Shown one piece after another: positions 1 to 9,068 of a stretch of 64,000 nt of DNA (positions within the stretch are counted from its first letter, which is position 1; each line of letters begins with the position of its first letter). The stretch covers positions 17,997 to 81,996 of the forward strand of contig JAFCDO010000007.1 of the NCBI GenBank assembly GCA_017609605.1, written 5' to 3'. This DNA is from Candidatus Parvarchaeota archaeon. Lineage in GTDB: Archaea; Nanobdellota; Nanobdellia; JAAOXT01. The notes below the pieces were generated by a model. That model saw only the letters and a list, made by a program, of their open reading frames with translations. It was not told the origin of the DNA and did not search any database. The translations under genes were made by a program, and so were the position numbers.

Positions 1-222
1 CATCACGTTTCCCGATTGCTGTATCGTTTCTGCTTCGTTGCCACCTTTTTACAGGTTTTCGGCTTTTTTTTTGTTGGTGCACAAAAAGTTCATTACTTTT
101 TGGCACCCCAAAAATCCTTGGATTTTTGTTGGTGTGCGGAACTTCCTCAGTTCACAGGGAACCGTTAGCCTCTCAGCCCGCCCGGACGCGTTGATTTCAA
201 CGCGCCATAACGGAAATACCAC
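1..222 (-). ncRNA. rnpB: Candidate RNase P RNA, 5' portion (continues beyond window start)
   Basis: The minus-strand read has these in the order expected for type-A RNase P RNA: GAGGAAGTTCCGC (rc of 136-148; cf. CR-I GAGGAAAGTCC); hairpin GGGGTGCCAAAAAGTAATGAACTTTTTG (cf. GGGTGCCAGGTAACGCCTGG); GTGCACCAACAAAAAAAAAGCCG (cf. GTGCAACAGAGAGCAAACCGCC); GTAAAAAGGTGGCAAC (cf. GTGAAAGGGTGCGG). Region is GC-richer than its flanks. TTATAA box near 249-254. The 5' end is approximate. Confidence 0.45.
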
Positions 223-278
223 TTAGTAGTGGTCAATTCACGTATGTTATAATTCAAGAAAAATTGGGTTTAAAAGCT

Positions 279-653
279 TTACTCAACCACTAAACCTTCG
301 ACGTTTCTGAATCCCATCACGTCTTTTTCAGTGTCTACCGCGACTTTTATCAGTCTTCCCATGAGGTCTTCTGCTTTAAAACCTTTAAGCTTAACACCTA
401 TATCTGTTAGGAATTGCCTGCATCTTTCTTTTCCAATAATGTCGCAGTCACTGAATTCAACCAGATTATCAGGGTTTTCCATTCTAACGCTTAATTCTTT
501 CATCCCATAAGCATTTTTTCCGCAACTCGCTCCTATTACTTTCCATTCTTCTATGTGCGGGTGTAAAATTTGTTTGAAGTAATCAGCGTCGTTTCCGCTG
601 TCTTCTACGTATTCTTTAGTTAGTGTTTCGTAAGGACGATAAACCTTCATCAC
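279..653 (-). CDS. Hypothetical protein (124 aa)
   Basis: Clean ORF in a coding-dense region; no motif recognised. Confidence 0.5.
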   Translation of the reverse strand: MMKVYRPYETLTKEYVEDSGNDADYFKQILHPHIEEWKVIGASCGKNAYGMKELSVRMENPDNLVEFSDCDIIGKERCRQFLTDIGVKLKGFKAEDLMGRLIKVAVDTEKDVMGFRNVEGLVVE

Positions 654-694
654 TTTTTAATAAAAATAATCCTGTTTTTAACATTTTTGTTTTC

Positions 695-2209
695 TTATTT
701 GAACACGTAGACAGTCAAATTCTTTCCTTCAATTTTTGAATCATGGGTGGGAACGATTTTTTCGATGAATTTTTTGACTTGCTCGTCTTGCTCATAAAAA
801 CTAAGGTAAACTTTTTTGTAACCCATTGACGAGGCTTGTTTTATAGTGTTTTTTATTGCTTTACCTATTTGTTCTTCTCTTTGGTTTTCGGGAATGGTTG
901 GCGTGTCGTATTGAGGGACTTTGAAATAAGGCATTTTGAACGGGTCACTAGTGGTTTTCATGTTCATTTGTTCTAGCATGAGCGTTTCAGGACTTGCCAT
1001 GCCATAATCTATTTGGTTGTTCAGCATGTAAATTATTAGGTCATCTTCTTGAGCTTCAATTAGTCTTGCTGTTTCTTCCAAGTCAGTTATCACAATCCCT
1101 TTTTGTTGTTCCACGATTCCGGTGTACATGGAGGTCAGGCCTATAAGTATGATGATTGGAACAAAAACTTTGTTTTTTTTGATTAGTGAGGCGCTGCCTT
1201 GAGCAACCCAAACGCTTAGAGGTAGCAGGACTTGCAGTATATATCTAAATCTTTTGTGTGGCAGCAAGTCTCCGAACACTATGGTTCCGAGAAGAAAAGC
1301 GAGCATTAGAATACTGGTTTTCCTGTCTTTTTTGTGAAGCGTGTAAGCGCCGTAAACAATTATTGGTGTGAACAATCCTAGTTGGAGTAAGAGTTCTTTT
1401 TCGTAGAATGGGAACAAGTTTTCGTTGGTGCTGGAGCCCAAGTCGACCAGTCTTTCAAGGAAGCCCGCGGTTATCAGTGACATGTGATACCAGGGAGTCA
1501 CTAGCATTAATGCAATGATTATTTGGGGTGTGAAACGCTTCAATAACGTAAAATCAAGCTTTTTTTGGAATAAAGCTTTTAGGATGAAATAAGTGATTAC
1601 TATGGAAACGATTATTGGTAGTGCAAGGTTTCTGCTGAAAGTAATTCCTCCTAGCAGGAGTCCTTGGAAAAAGGTTTTCTTCCACGAGAATTTTTCGTCT
1701 TTGAAGAAGTAGTACAGCCACGCGAACGTAAGCCCGAGTTTGGCGTTATCCTGAACGACTTCCGTTGACAGTTGAATAAATATGGGTAGGGTTGAGATGA
1801 AGAGCATTGCAATGATTCCTTGTTTTTCTCCGAGCTTGTCTCTGGTGAAAGCGTACGCGAACCAGAGAGTGATTGCTCCGAATAGGATTGAAGGCAGGGT
1901 TGACGTCACCACGTTCTGACCCCATAAAATGTAGAATGGGATTGTGGTGAACTCGTATAATTGAGGGTATTTGAACATTGAGTAAATGACTGGGAAGCGC
2001 GTGTGGTAGCGGGCAATGAATTCAAGGTAGTCCCAACTCCCTGTTTCCAAACCATAATTGATGTAATCTATGTAGACGATTCCTGGCATGGCGTGCACGG
2101 CTTCGTCCCAGGCTAAAGTCTTGTCTGGGTTGATGAGGAAGATTAATGAAACCGAGATTAAGGTTATGAACGCTAGTGCAATTTTGTCGTAACGTTTCAT
2201 TCTATTCAT
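695..2209 (-). CDS. Polytopic membrane glycosyltransferase, GT39/GT83 (PMT/ArnT-like) family
   Basis: 504 aa with many hydrophobic segments. N-terminal TM followed by the loop motif AWDEAVHAMPG (DE-type motif of PMT/ArnT-like enzymes). Soluble C-terminal domain. Confidence 0.55.
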   Translation of the reverse strand: MNRMKRYDKIALAFITLISVSLIFLINPDKTLAWDEAVHAMPGIVYIDYINYGLETGSWDYLEFIARYHTRFPVIYSMFKYPQLYEFTTIPFYILWGQNVVTSTLPSILFGAITLWFAYAFTRDKLGEKQGIIAMLFISTLPIFIQLSTEVVQDNAKLGLTFAWLYYFFKDEKFSWKKTFFQGLLLGGITFSRNLALPIIVSIVITYFILKALFQKKLDFTLLKRFTPQIIIALMLVTPWYHMSLITAGFLERLVDLGSSTNENLFPFYEKELLLQLGLFTPIIVYGAYTLHKKDRKTSILMLAFLLGTIVFGDLLPHKRFRYILQVLLPLSVWVAQGSASLIKKNKVFVPIIILIGLTSMYTGIVEQQKGIVITDLEETARLIEAQEDDLIIYMLNNQIDYGMASPETLMLEQMNMKTTSDPFKMPYFKVPQYDTPTIPENQREEQIGKAIKNTIKQASSMGYKKVYLSFYEQDEQVKKFIEKIVPTHDSKIEGKNLTVYVFK

Positions 2210-2300
2210 TTAGTTTTCAATGTTTTTTATTGCTATCGCTACCCGTTGTTAAAAAAAAGAAAAAATTTAACCCTTGTTTTAAATCCTGGGTTAATTGGGA

Positions 2301-2392
2301 TTATCGATGAAGACTAGCATGAAGTGGTAGTAAAACTTTGATTTAGTTATCGATGAAGACTAGCATGAAGTGGTAGTAAAACTTTGATTTAG
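2301..2392. repeat. Perfect 46-bp direct tandem duplication (2301-2346 = 2347-2392) carrying the 3' half of the 23S processing stem
   Basis: ttatcgatgaagactagcatgaagtggtagtaaaactttgatttag occurs twice back to back. Its core is the reverse complement of 5584-5610. Confidence 0.95.
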
Positions 2393-2455
2393 AGCTGTGC
2401 CCTAAAATGGTTCCTCCAAAAAAATGTTTTTCTTGAAATGTATTTCTTTTTTTTT

Positions 2456-5400
2456 GTTGATTTTCGAGCGATTAGTGGTGGCGAGCTGAACACGTTACCG
2501 TGCTTACACTCCCACTCTATCAAACCCGTCTTTTAACGGGTGCTCTCAAACATTGCTTCTTTTCGCGGAGGGTTTCGAGCTTAGATGCTTTCAGCTCTTA
2601 TCCCGTAGCGCGTAGCTGCCCAGCTTAACGCCCTGTCGGACGACTGGTTGACCAGAGGCGTCGATTCTTCGTTCCTCTCGTACTAAAAGAACCTTCCACT
2701 CAAGCAATGAACACTTCCAGCAGTTAGAAACCGAACTGAGTCGCCCCGTTCTGAACCCAGCTCACGATCCCTTTTAATCGGTGGACACCCGCACCCTTGG
2801 CCGCTTACAGCCAAGCCTTTCTTGGGTTTGAGCTAGTGTAATCGGGTGAGGTTAAAAAATCAGCGGGTGACGCTGAATTTAGTCCTCTCTAGATATACGA
2901 CTAGATTGTATAGTTTTTAGTCAAGTAAGACCCGTTTTCTGCACGGCCAGGATAGGAAGAGCCGACAGCGGGGTACCAAGCCTCGAGGTCGATAGGAGCT
3001 TTTGCCCGAGACAAGCCTGTTATCCCCAGGGTAGCTTTTCTGTCATTCCAAGCCCTCAATAATAAGAGTCTTGGAGTTCGCTATGTCCGGCTTTCGCCCC
3101 TGCAATCCTCTCTGAACGGAATGCAGTCAAGCCAGCTTTTGCCATTACACTCTACGTAGGATTTCTGACCCTACTGAGCTGACCTTTGAGCGCCGGTGAT
3201 GTTTTATCGCCGGCGTGCCGCCCCAGCCAAACTGCCCACCAACCGCTGTTCCCTTTCGGGTTAGACGTGTAAGTTTTGAAGAGTGGTGTTGCATTGGTGA
3301 CTTGGACAAAACCGAAATCTTGTCTTCGACGTCTCCCACTTACTCTACGCAACAAAACCCGCAAATCAACGACAGGCTGCAGTAAAGCTCCTGGGGTCTT
3401 TTTGACCCGCTGGAAGTCCCTGGCCTTTGCACCAGGATAGTGTGTTCGCAGGGTCTCGGTCGGGGACAGTGGGAACCTGGTTACGCCGTTCGCAAAGCCG
3501 CCAATTAAACGGCAAGGCATTGCGCTTGCTTAAGAAGGTCATAGTTACCTCCGCCGTTTACTGGTCCTTGGATCCGTTGAAACAGATGTTCAGATACCAG
3601 CACTGGGCAGGCGTCGGCGACTATTCAAGCTGTTTCCAGTTAGCAGTCACCTATGTTTTTGATAAACAGTCCGGCTCCCCTAGTCAGTGCCCCCAGTTAC
3701 AGCCATCAAACGATGACCGTTGCTGGGACTCTTTCTACCGAAGATACAGAGCTAATTTGCCGATTTCCCTCGACTCGAGTTATTCCCTACACTCCTTCCC
3801 CTGCTCAGGGAGGGCACCAGTGTTGGTTCTGGGTACGGTCACACGAGATCCTTACCATGAATTTTTCACGGGATCCAAGACTTGATTAAACCCCTCATAC
3901 AAGGGGCTGGGTTGATTTTATCAGGTTCTCACCGTTACAATACTCCCCTGACGCATACAACCAAACAGGGCGACGACCCTGTAAAACCTATCTCGAACCG
4001 TTTCATGGTCTTGTGTTGCCACGCGTACTCGTGTGGTGCAAGAATATTAACTTGCTTCCCTTTTCGGTCTTTCCCGGTTAGGGTTGACCTTAGGACCGAC
4101 TAACCCTTGGATGACGACCATTGCCAAGGAAACCTTGCCCTTACGGAGGAAAGGATTCTCACCTTTCTAAGTTGCTACTACCGACAGGATTCTTACTTCT
4201 GAACGGTCCACAAGTCCTTACGGCCTTGCTTCTGCCCGAACAGAACACCTCGCTACCTGACCGCGCTTACGCGCGACCACCATGGTCTCGGCGGTTTGCT
4301 TAGCCCCGTCCATTTTCAGGGCATCCAACCTCGGCGGGTGAGCTGTTACGCTTTCTTTAAAGGATGGCTGCTTCTAAGCCTACCTTCCCGCTGTTTTAGG
4401 ATTAAAACCCTTTTGATGCACTTAGCAAACACTTAAGGGCCTTAACCATGGTCTGTGTTGTTCCACTCTCGGGATCCCGGCTTACCCGGAACCCCCGACT
4501 CCCGCCATCTACGATTATCAAGGCTTCGGAGTTTGAAAGAATACCGACTCCGTTAGGAGCCTAAACATCCGATCAGTAGCTCTACACCTTGATACATCTC
4601 CAGCGAGGCTGGACTAGGGTCCACTTCGCGAGGAACTAGCTATTGCCGGGCACGATTGGTATTTCGCCCCTACACCCAAGTCAGAGGATCGCATGCACAC
4701 AGAACCCCTTCAGACCTCCATCCCCCGATAGGGGGACTTCATCTTGCTCAGGCGTAGTTCGTCCGGCTTCGAGTCGTGCACTAGTGACTTAGGCGCTATT
4801 AACACCACGCCCCTCACCCAATAAAGGGTTGCGGGCTTCTCGCTTTCGCTTCGACTTTCGTCTCGCCACTAACACACATTCCCTGTCTCGTTATCCAAAA
4901 GGAACTCTGCAACCATGAAACTTACGTTTCTTTCTGGCCGCAGATTTACCATAACTACTCGGTTTCAGATTCTTTTCACTCCCTTATTTAGGGTTTTTTT
5001 CAACTTTCCCTCACGGTACTTATTACTCTATCGGTCTCGAGAACTATTTAGGGTTAGAAGTTATTGACTCCTAAATTCACACGAGAATCCCAACTCGTGC
5101 TACTCAGGGTACAACTTTTGGCTTGTCAGTTTGCTCTTACAAGACTTTCACTTTCTTTGGTGGAACGTTCCAGTTCACTTCAGATTCATTGACAAGTCAG
5201 TATAGTTGCCCATAACACCACATCTGGACTAAATTGCTTCAGCCCATTCAGTTTGCCCTGTTCCGCTTTCGCTCGCCGTTACTGACGGAATCTCTAATTG
5301 ATTTCTTTTCCTGCGGGTACTAAGATGTTTCAATTCCCCGCGTTACCCCTTAAAACCTCCGAAGAGGCTTAAGTAACCTCGAAAGGTTAAGATGCCTTAT

Positions 5401-5516
5401 TCAGGAATCCCCGGATCAAAGAATGCATGCTTCTCCCCGGGGCTTATCGCAGCTTGCCACGCCCTTCCTCGAATCTCGAGCCTAGTCATCCACCGAATAG
5501 CGTAGTTAATCAACTT
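2456..5516 (-). rRNA. rrl: 23S (LSU) rRNA, including a ~128-nt insertion
   Basis: The reverse complement contains universal LSU blocks: GGATAACAGGC, GAGCTGGGTTCAGAAC, AGTACGAGAGGAAC (sarcin-ricin region), GCTGAAAGCATCTAAG, and a 5' start GGTGGATGACTAGGCTCGAG...GGCAAGCTGCGATAAGCC. The 5' GTTGATT and 3' AATCAAC pair as helix 1. Only short nonsense ORFs on both strands. Confidence 0.95.
2801..2928 (-). other. Insertion (putative archaeal rRNA intron or expansion segment) in 23S domain V
   Basis: The conserved run ...CCTGG..GCAGAAAACGGGTC | CCAAGGGTGCGGGTGTCCACCGATTAAAAGGGATCGTGAGCTGGG (cf. E. coli GGTCCCAAGGGTATGGCTGTTCGCCATTTAAAGTGGTACGCGAGCTGGG) is interrupted by ~128 AT-rich nt. Boundaries are +/- a few nt. 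Confidence 0.5.
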
Positions 5517-5583
5517 ATTTTTTTTTGTATTTCAAAAGATTTTTTTGTGTTAAACCTTTTGAGGAACACACTCTACTTCCATT

Positions 5584-5610
5584 GTTACTACCACTTATGC
5601 TAGCTTCATG
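5584..5610 (-). other. 5' leader half of the 23S rRNA processing stem
   Basis: gttactaccacttatgctagcttcatg is complementary to the core of each 46-bp repeat copy (helices of 6, 7 and 12 bp separated by single-nt bulges). It lies ~67 nt from the 23S 5' end; the proximal repeat copy lies ~73 nt from the 3' end. Confidence 0.75.
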
Positions 5611-5899
5611 ATTATTAAATCCGCTTTCACTCAACCATCCGTTTGGGTGTCTGAGCATAGACACTGCTTGATTAATCTCTCTAAATCTCGTAAATTAAAT
5701 AAATAGAATCTCAGAGTTGCCTCATCACCGATTTTTTTGAACGATCTGTTTCCGTTCAACCAATGCCAATCAGGAATACTTTATTACTGTTTAAAAAGGT
5801 TTCGTTGGAAAATTTTTTGGAATAGGTTCAGCGCCCCCTTTTTTCTAAACTAAACTACAGTAATATTTAAAAATATGTTGTAATATAAAGTATGACACT

Positions 5900-6184
5900 A
5901 TGTTGGATAAATATCAAAGAATGGTTCTTGAGGACAAAAAATACCTTGACGTTTTCAAACTGCTCGCTCAAAACGGGATAAAAATAACTTTAAAAGAATT
6001 GGCTGAGAGGGGGAAAAAACCATCTTTTTTTATAAAGCGAGATATGGAACCTCTTGTTGATGTGGATTTGGTTCATTACAATCCAGAGGACAGGATTTAT
6101 TGGTTGTCTGAGGCGGGAGAGATTGCAAGGGAAAAAATTGAGGTCGGAGAGATTACAATAGGGGGACTTGAATTAAGGGTTTGA
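5900..6184 (+). CDS. Small winged-helix-like protein (94 aa), hypothetical
   Basis: ORF with an A/T-rich box ~30 nt upstream (atttaaaaat). The segment ITLKELAERGKKPSFFIKRDMEPLVDVDLV resembles a wHTH recognition helix plus wing. Confidence 0.45.
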   Translation: MLDKYQRMVLEDKKYLDVFKLLAQNGIKITLKELAERGKKPSFFIKRDMEPLVDVDLVHYNPEDRIYWLSEAGEIAREKIEVGEITIGGLELRV

Positions 6185-6349
6185 TAATTTTTTGAAATTA
6201 TGAAAGATTACGAGTTTGACGTAGTTCTCCAGATTACATGATTTAAAGGGTGTCTCTTGATAGGTTACGGGCACGAGATTACTTTTTGTCTAAAAGAGTT
6301 TTGCTCAAACGGTTTAGAAACATTTTAAAAAGAACAATTAGTCCTATTT

Positions 6350-6811
6350 TTGGAAATGGACGAAACTGAAGAGATATTTGGAAAGGTTACAAAAAGCCAT
6401 GCGAGTTATTTTGAGAAAATCCATTATACTGACGCGCTCAGAGAGCTTGCAGAAGAAGTTCCTGTTATAATTAGACAATCTCTAAAAATTCTTAGTGATG
6501 GAAAGGATTGGGAGTGGAAGAATTTGGGCCTGTTATTTTACTTGCTGAAACACGGAGAGTCCCGCTTGGACAAGATGGCCGAAGACTTAAGCATTCCTGA
6601 AGAAGATTTAGAAATCGGGCTTAGACCCTTAGTGAGTTCAGCTTTGGTTTCTTGTTTTCCTCGTGGTAGAGGAGATGATTATAAACCTGTAGATGACGAT
6701 TTTAGACATTTTTTTGTTTACGCGCCTTCAATAATGGGAGAAGATATAGTGATTGGTTTGATAGAAGCGTACACGCCACGTTTAAAGGTTAACGTTGTTG
6801 ACAAGAAATGA
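6350..6811 (+). CDS. Hypothetical protein with wHTH-like segment (153 aa)
   Basis: ORF whose stop overlaps the next start (ATGA at 6808-6811). LLFYLLKHGESRLDKMAEDLSIPEEDLEIGLRPLVSSALV is HTH-like. Confidence 0.45.
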   Translation: MEMDETEEIFGKVTKSHASYFEKIHYTDALRELAEEVPVIIRQSLKILSDGKDWEWKNLGLLFYLLKHGESRLDKMAEDLSIPEEDLEIGLRPLVSSALVSCFPRGRGDDYKPVDDDFRHFFVYAPSIMGEDIVIGLIEAYTPRLKVNVVDKK

Positions 6812-7140
6812 CCGTGACGATTGATTCAGTGGTGAGGATTCAGGGACATCACTTGAAACATTTGCAAAGATTTGTTAATGGAAAAGAATTGTTCTATAAC
6901 CCTAAGAAAGGAGAAGGTTTTAGGGAAAACGAATCCAGCATTTTTGAAAAAATTTTGGGGCAGAAAGTTGAAGTGTTATTAACTGACGAGATGGATGATG
7001 TTTGTAGACGTTGTATGATGAAGGAAAATAGTTGTTATTCTTTTGGAACCGCGCTTTATGATCAGAACGTTGCGAAAAAATTAGGTTTAGAAATTGGCAG
7101 AGCTTATTCTTCAAAAGAAATCATAAAGGTATTACAATAA
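6808..7140 (+). CDS. Hypothetical protein, possibly DUF1284-like (110 aa)
   Basis: Translationally coupled to the upstream ORF. N-terminal IQGHHL plus CRRC...C is reminiscent of DUF1284 (RGHHLLC...). Weak. Confidence 0.35.
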   Translation: MTVTIDSVVRIQGHHLKHLQRFVNGKELFYNPKKGEGFRENESSIFEKILGQKVEVLLTDEMDDVCRRCMMKENSCYSFGTALYDQNVAKKLGLEIGRAYSSKEIIKVLQ

Positions 7141-7338
7141 GGTTTAAAGGCATTATCTTTTTTTTATGTGCAAGTGAAAAATTGAAGGTGTAAAGGAGAT
7201 TTGTTCTGAAAAAGGAGTATACAAGCGTTCTGGAAAGGTTCCGTTAAGCGTTTATGACGATTTTATTTAACACCCAAAAAGCTTATTTTTGTTGTATTAC
7301 AGTAATTATTATTAATAACAAACGCGTCGGTCATTAAG

Positions 7339-7971
7339 ATGAGCAAACAAAGTTTTTTTTCTAGGTTTATATCAGCATTTAAGATATTTTTCAAGAGAAA
7401 AAAAAAGCTTGCTTTAGGCATTTATGGTCCTACAAACGCTGGAAAAACCACTCTTGCGAACAAGATAAGTATGGATTGGACTGGAGAGGAAGTTGGAGCG
7501 GTTAGCAGGATTCCTCATGAGACCAGACGAGTTCAGAACAAAGAGAATGTGCTCGTAGAATGGGAAGGCAAGAAATTAGTCATAAACCTTATTGACACGC
7601 CGGGAATCGCTACTAGAGTGGATTACGAGGACTTTACCAAGTTCAAACTTAAAAAAAAGGAGTCTCAAGAAAGAGCGAGAGAAGCCACGCAAGGAATAAT
7701 TGAAGCGATTAAGTGGTTGGACAATATGGAGTGCGTTCTGGCGGTTATGGATGCGACTAAGAACCCGTTAACCCAGGTTAATTTAACTATTCTCGGAAAC
7801 CTTGAGGCGAGAGGAATTCCGGTAATCGTTGTTGCTAACAAAATTGATTTGAAAAAAGCCAATCTTAAAAGGATTGAGTCAGCTTTCCCGCAGTACACTG
7901 TTGTCGGTATTTCTGCAAAGGACGGGAAGAACATAGAAGGTTTGTATAAAGCAATATTTGATACAGCGTAA
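7339..7971 (+). CDS. Small GTP-binding protein (TRAFAC-class GTPase)
   Basis: G1 GPTNAGKTT, G3 DTPG, G4 NKID, G5 SAK, all present in canonical order. Confidence 0.85.
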   Translation: MSKQSFFSRFISAFKIFFKRKKKLALGIYGPTNAGKTTLANKISMDWTGEEVGAVSRIPHETRRVQNKENVLVEWEGKKLVINLIDTPGIATRVDYEDFTKFKLKKKESQERAREATQGIIEAIKWLDNMECVLAVMDATKNPLTQVNLTILGNLEARGIPVIVVANKIDLKKANLKRIESAFPQYTVVGISAKDGKNIEGLYKAIFDTA

Positions 7972-7983
7972 AATTTTTTGTGC

Positions 7984-8388
7984 ATGAAAAAAAAGAGGAG
8001 AAAAACTAAGAAAATGGATAAGTTAACACTACACTTTATTCCCTTCGAAAGATTCATTAATTTGTCAAGCGATGACAAAACTAGCACGATTCTTGAGTAC
8101 ACTAAGAAAGGTAAAATCATAATCATTGAATCCTATCTTGACCCTAAAGAGCAGGCCACGCTCATAACAAATGTTATGGGCAATATTGATGGCAAGTACA
8201 GCGGGGTTGAAATGATATCTTTTACCAGAAAAGATTTTCAGAAAGATAACTCGTTTTATGTTAGATTAAGGAACGCAGCCATAGACTTGCTTTCCGGAAA
8301 AAAAGCGGGATTAACCATTGTAGGACCAGCAAATATTGTTAAAAAAATAGAGCGGAATCCTGAAATGATAATGCTCTCAATAAAGTGA
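7984..8388 (+). CDS. Conserved archaeal protein, DUF2073-like (GTPase-associated)
   Basis: ORF directly after the GTPase. ATG at 7984 (the track start at 7978 is TTG). Family assignment comes from recalled gene neighbourhood, not from a motif. Confidence 0.4.
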   Translation: MKKKRRKTKKMDKLTLHFIPFERFINLSSDDKTSTILEYTKKGKIIIIESYLDPKEQATLITNVMGNIDGKYSGVEMISFTRKDFQKDNSFYVRLRNAAIDLLSGKKAGLTIVGPANIVKKIERNPEMIMLSIK

Positions 8389-8395
8389 TTTTTCA

Positions 8396-8752
8396 ATGCC
8401 TCATAGATGTGTTCGTTGTGGAAAAATGTACCCGGATGGCGCGCCAGAATTACTTACTGGTTGTGTTGACTGCAAGTCCAGGTTTTTCTTCTTCATTAAA
8501 AAAGAGAATTTAAAGAAAGTCAAGTTACCCGAATTAACTTCTAAGGAAGCGGATCAGGTTGAGAAGGATATTAGAAAGATTATTGGCGTGGAGGATGATG
8601 ATAAGCCTATCGTGCTGGACCTGGAAACAGTTCAAGTCATCAAACCAGGGAAGTACGTTATTGATTTGGTGAAAGCGTTCAGCGAGTCAGGGCCAGTGAT
8701 TTACAAGTTGAAAGAGGGCAAGTACATGATAGACCTTACGCCGAGCAAGTGA
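8396..8752 (+). CDS. Zn-ribbon protein, DUF2072-like
   Basis: N-terminal CVRCGKMYPDGAPELLTGCVDCKSRFFFF is a CxxC...CxxC ribbon. Third member of the GTPase triad. Confidence 0.5.
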   Translation: MPHRCVRCGKMYPDGAPELLTGCVDCKSRFFFFIKKENLKKVKLPELTSKEADQVEKDIRKIIGVEDDDKPIVLDLETVQVIKPGKYVIDLVKAFSESGPVIYKLKEGKYMIDLTPSK

Positions 8753-8799
8753 AAAAGAATCGAAACTCTTAAAAGAGAACGTGTGAAAACAGTTCTTTG

Positions 8800-9054
8800 A
8801 TGAAAATCGGGATTGATACTCTGGTCAATGATTTTTTGGACGATGTTTACCCTAAATATTGTAAGCTTTCAAGTTTTATCAAGCCGGACAGGTTAGTTTT
8901 GAAGATAAAGCAAAACTTGGGTCAGAGTTCGCTTGAAGAAATGCAAAAAAAAGGGTTAAATGGTTTTTTAGACGAGTTCGTTGACATTTGTGGAGATTGC
9001 GCTTACCTGCACAAAGAGTGCTGGGGCGCGAGGTACACGCAAAAAACGGAATAA
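8800..9054 (+). CDS. Hypothetical small Cys-containing protein (84 aa)
   Basis: ORF with ATG at 8800; C-terminal CGDCAYLHKEC. Confidence 0.4.
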   Translation: MKIGIDTLVNDFLDDVYPKYCKLSSFIKPDRLVLKIKQNLGQSSLEEMQKKGLNGFLDEFVDICGDCAYLHKECWGARYTQKTE

Positions 9055-9068
9055 TTATAACATCTACA

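Noticed and set aside
130-180. Possible 5S rRNA (GGTTCCCTGTGAACTGAGGAAGTTCCGC resembles the 5S loop B/helix III/loop C region)
   Set aside because: Spacing to the putative helix I is far too long. The downstream sequence matches RNase P landmarks better, so it is reinterpreted as RNase P RNA.
2301-2392. CRISPR-like repeat?
   Set aside because: Only two directly abutting copies with no spacer. The complementarity to the 23S leader explains it as a processing-stem duplication.
3145-4303. Several 60-152 aa ORFs on both strands (3145-3339, 3152-3520, 3427-3885, 3653-3889, 3882-4103, 4121-4303)
   Set aside because: They lie entirely inside the 23S rRNA gene. Their composition is Arg/Pro/Gly-rich nonsense, typical of translated rRNA.
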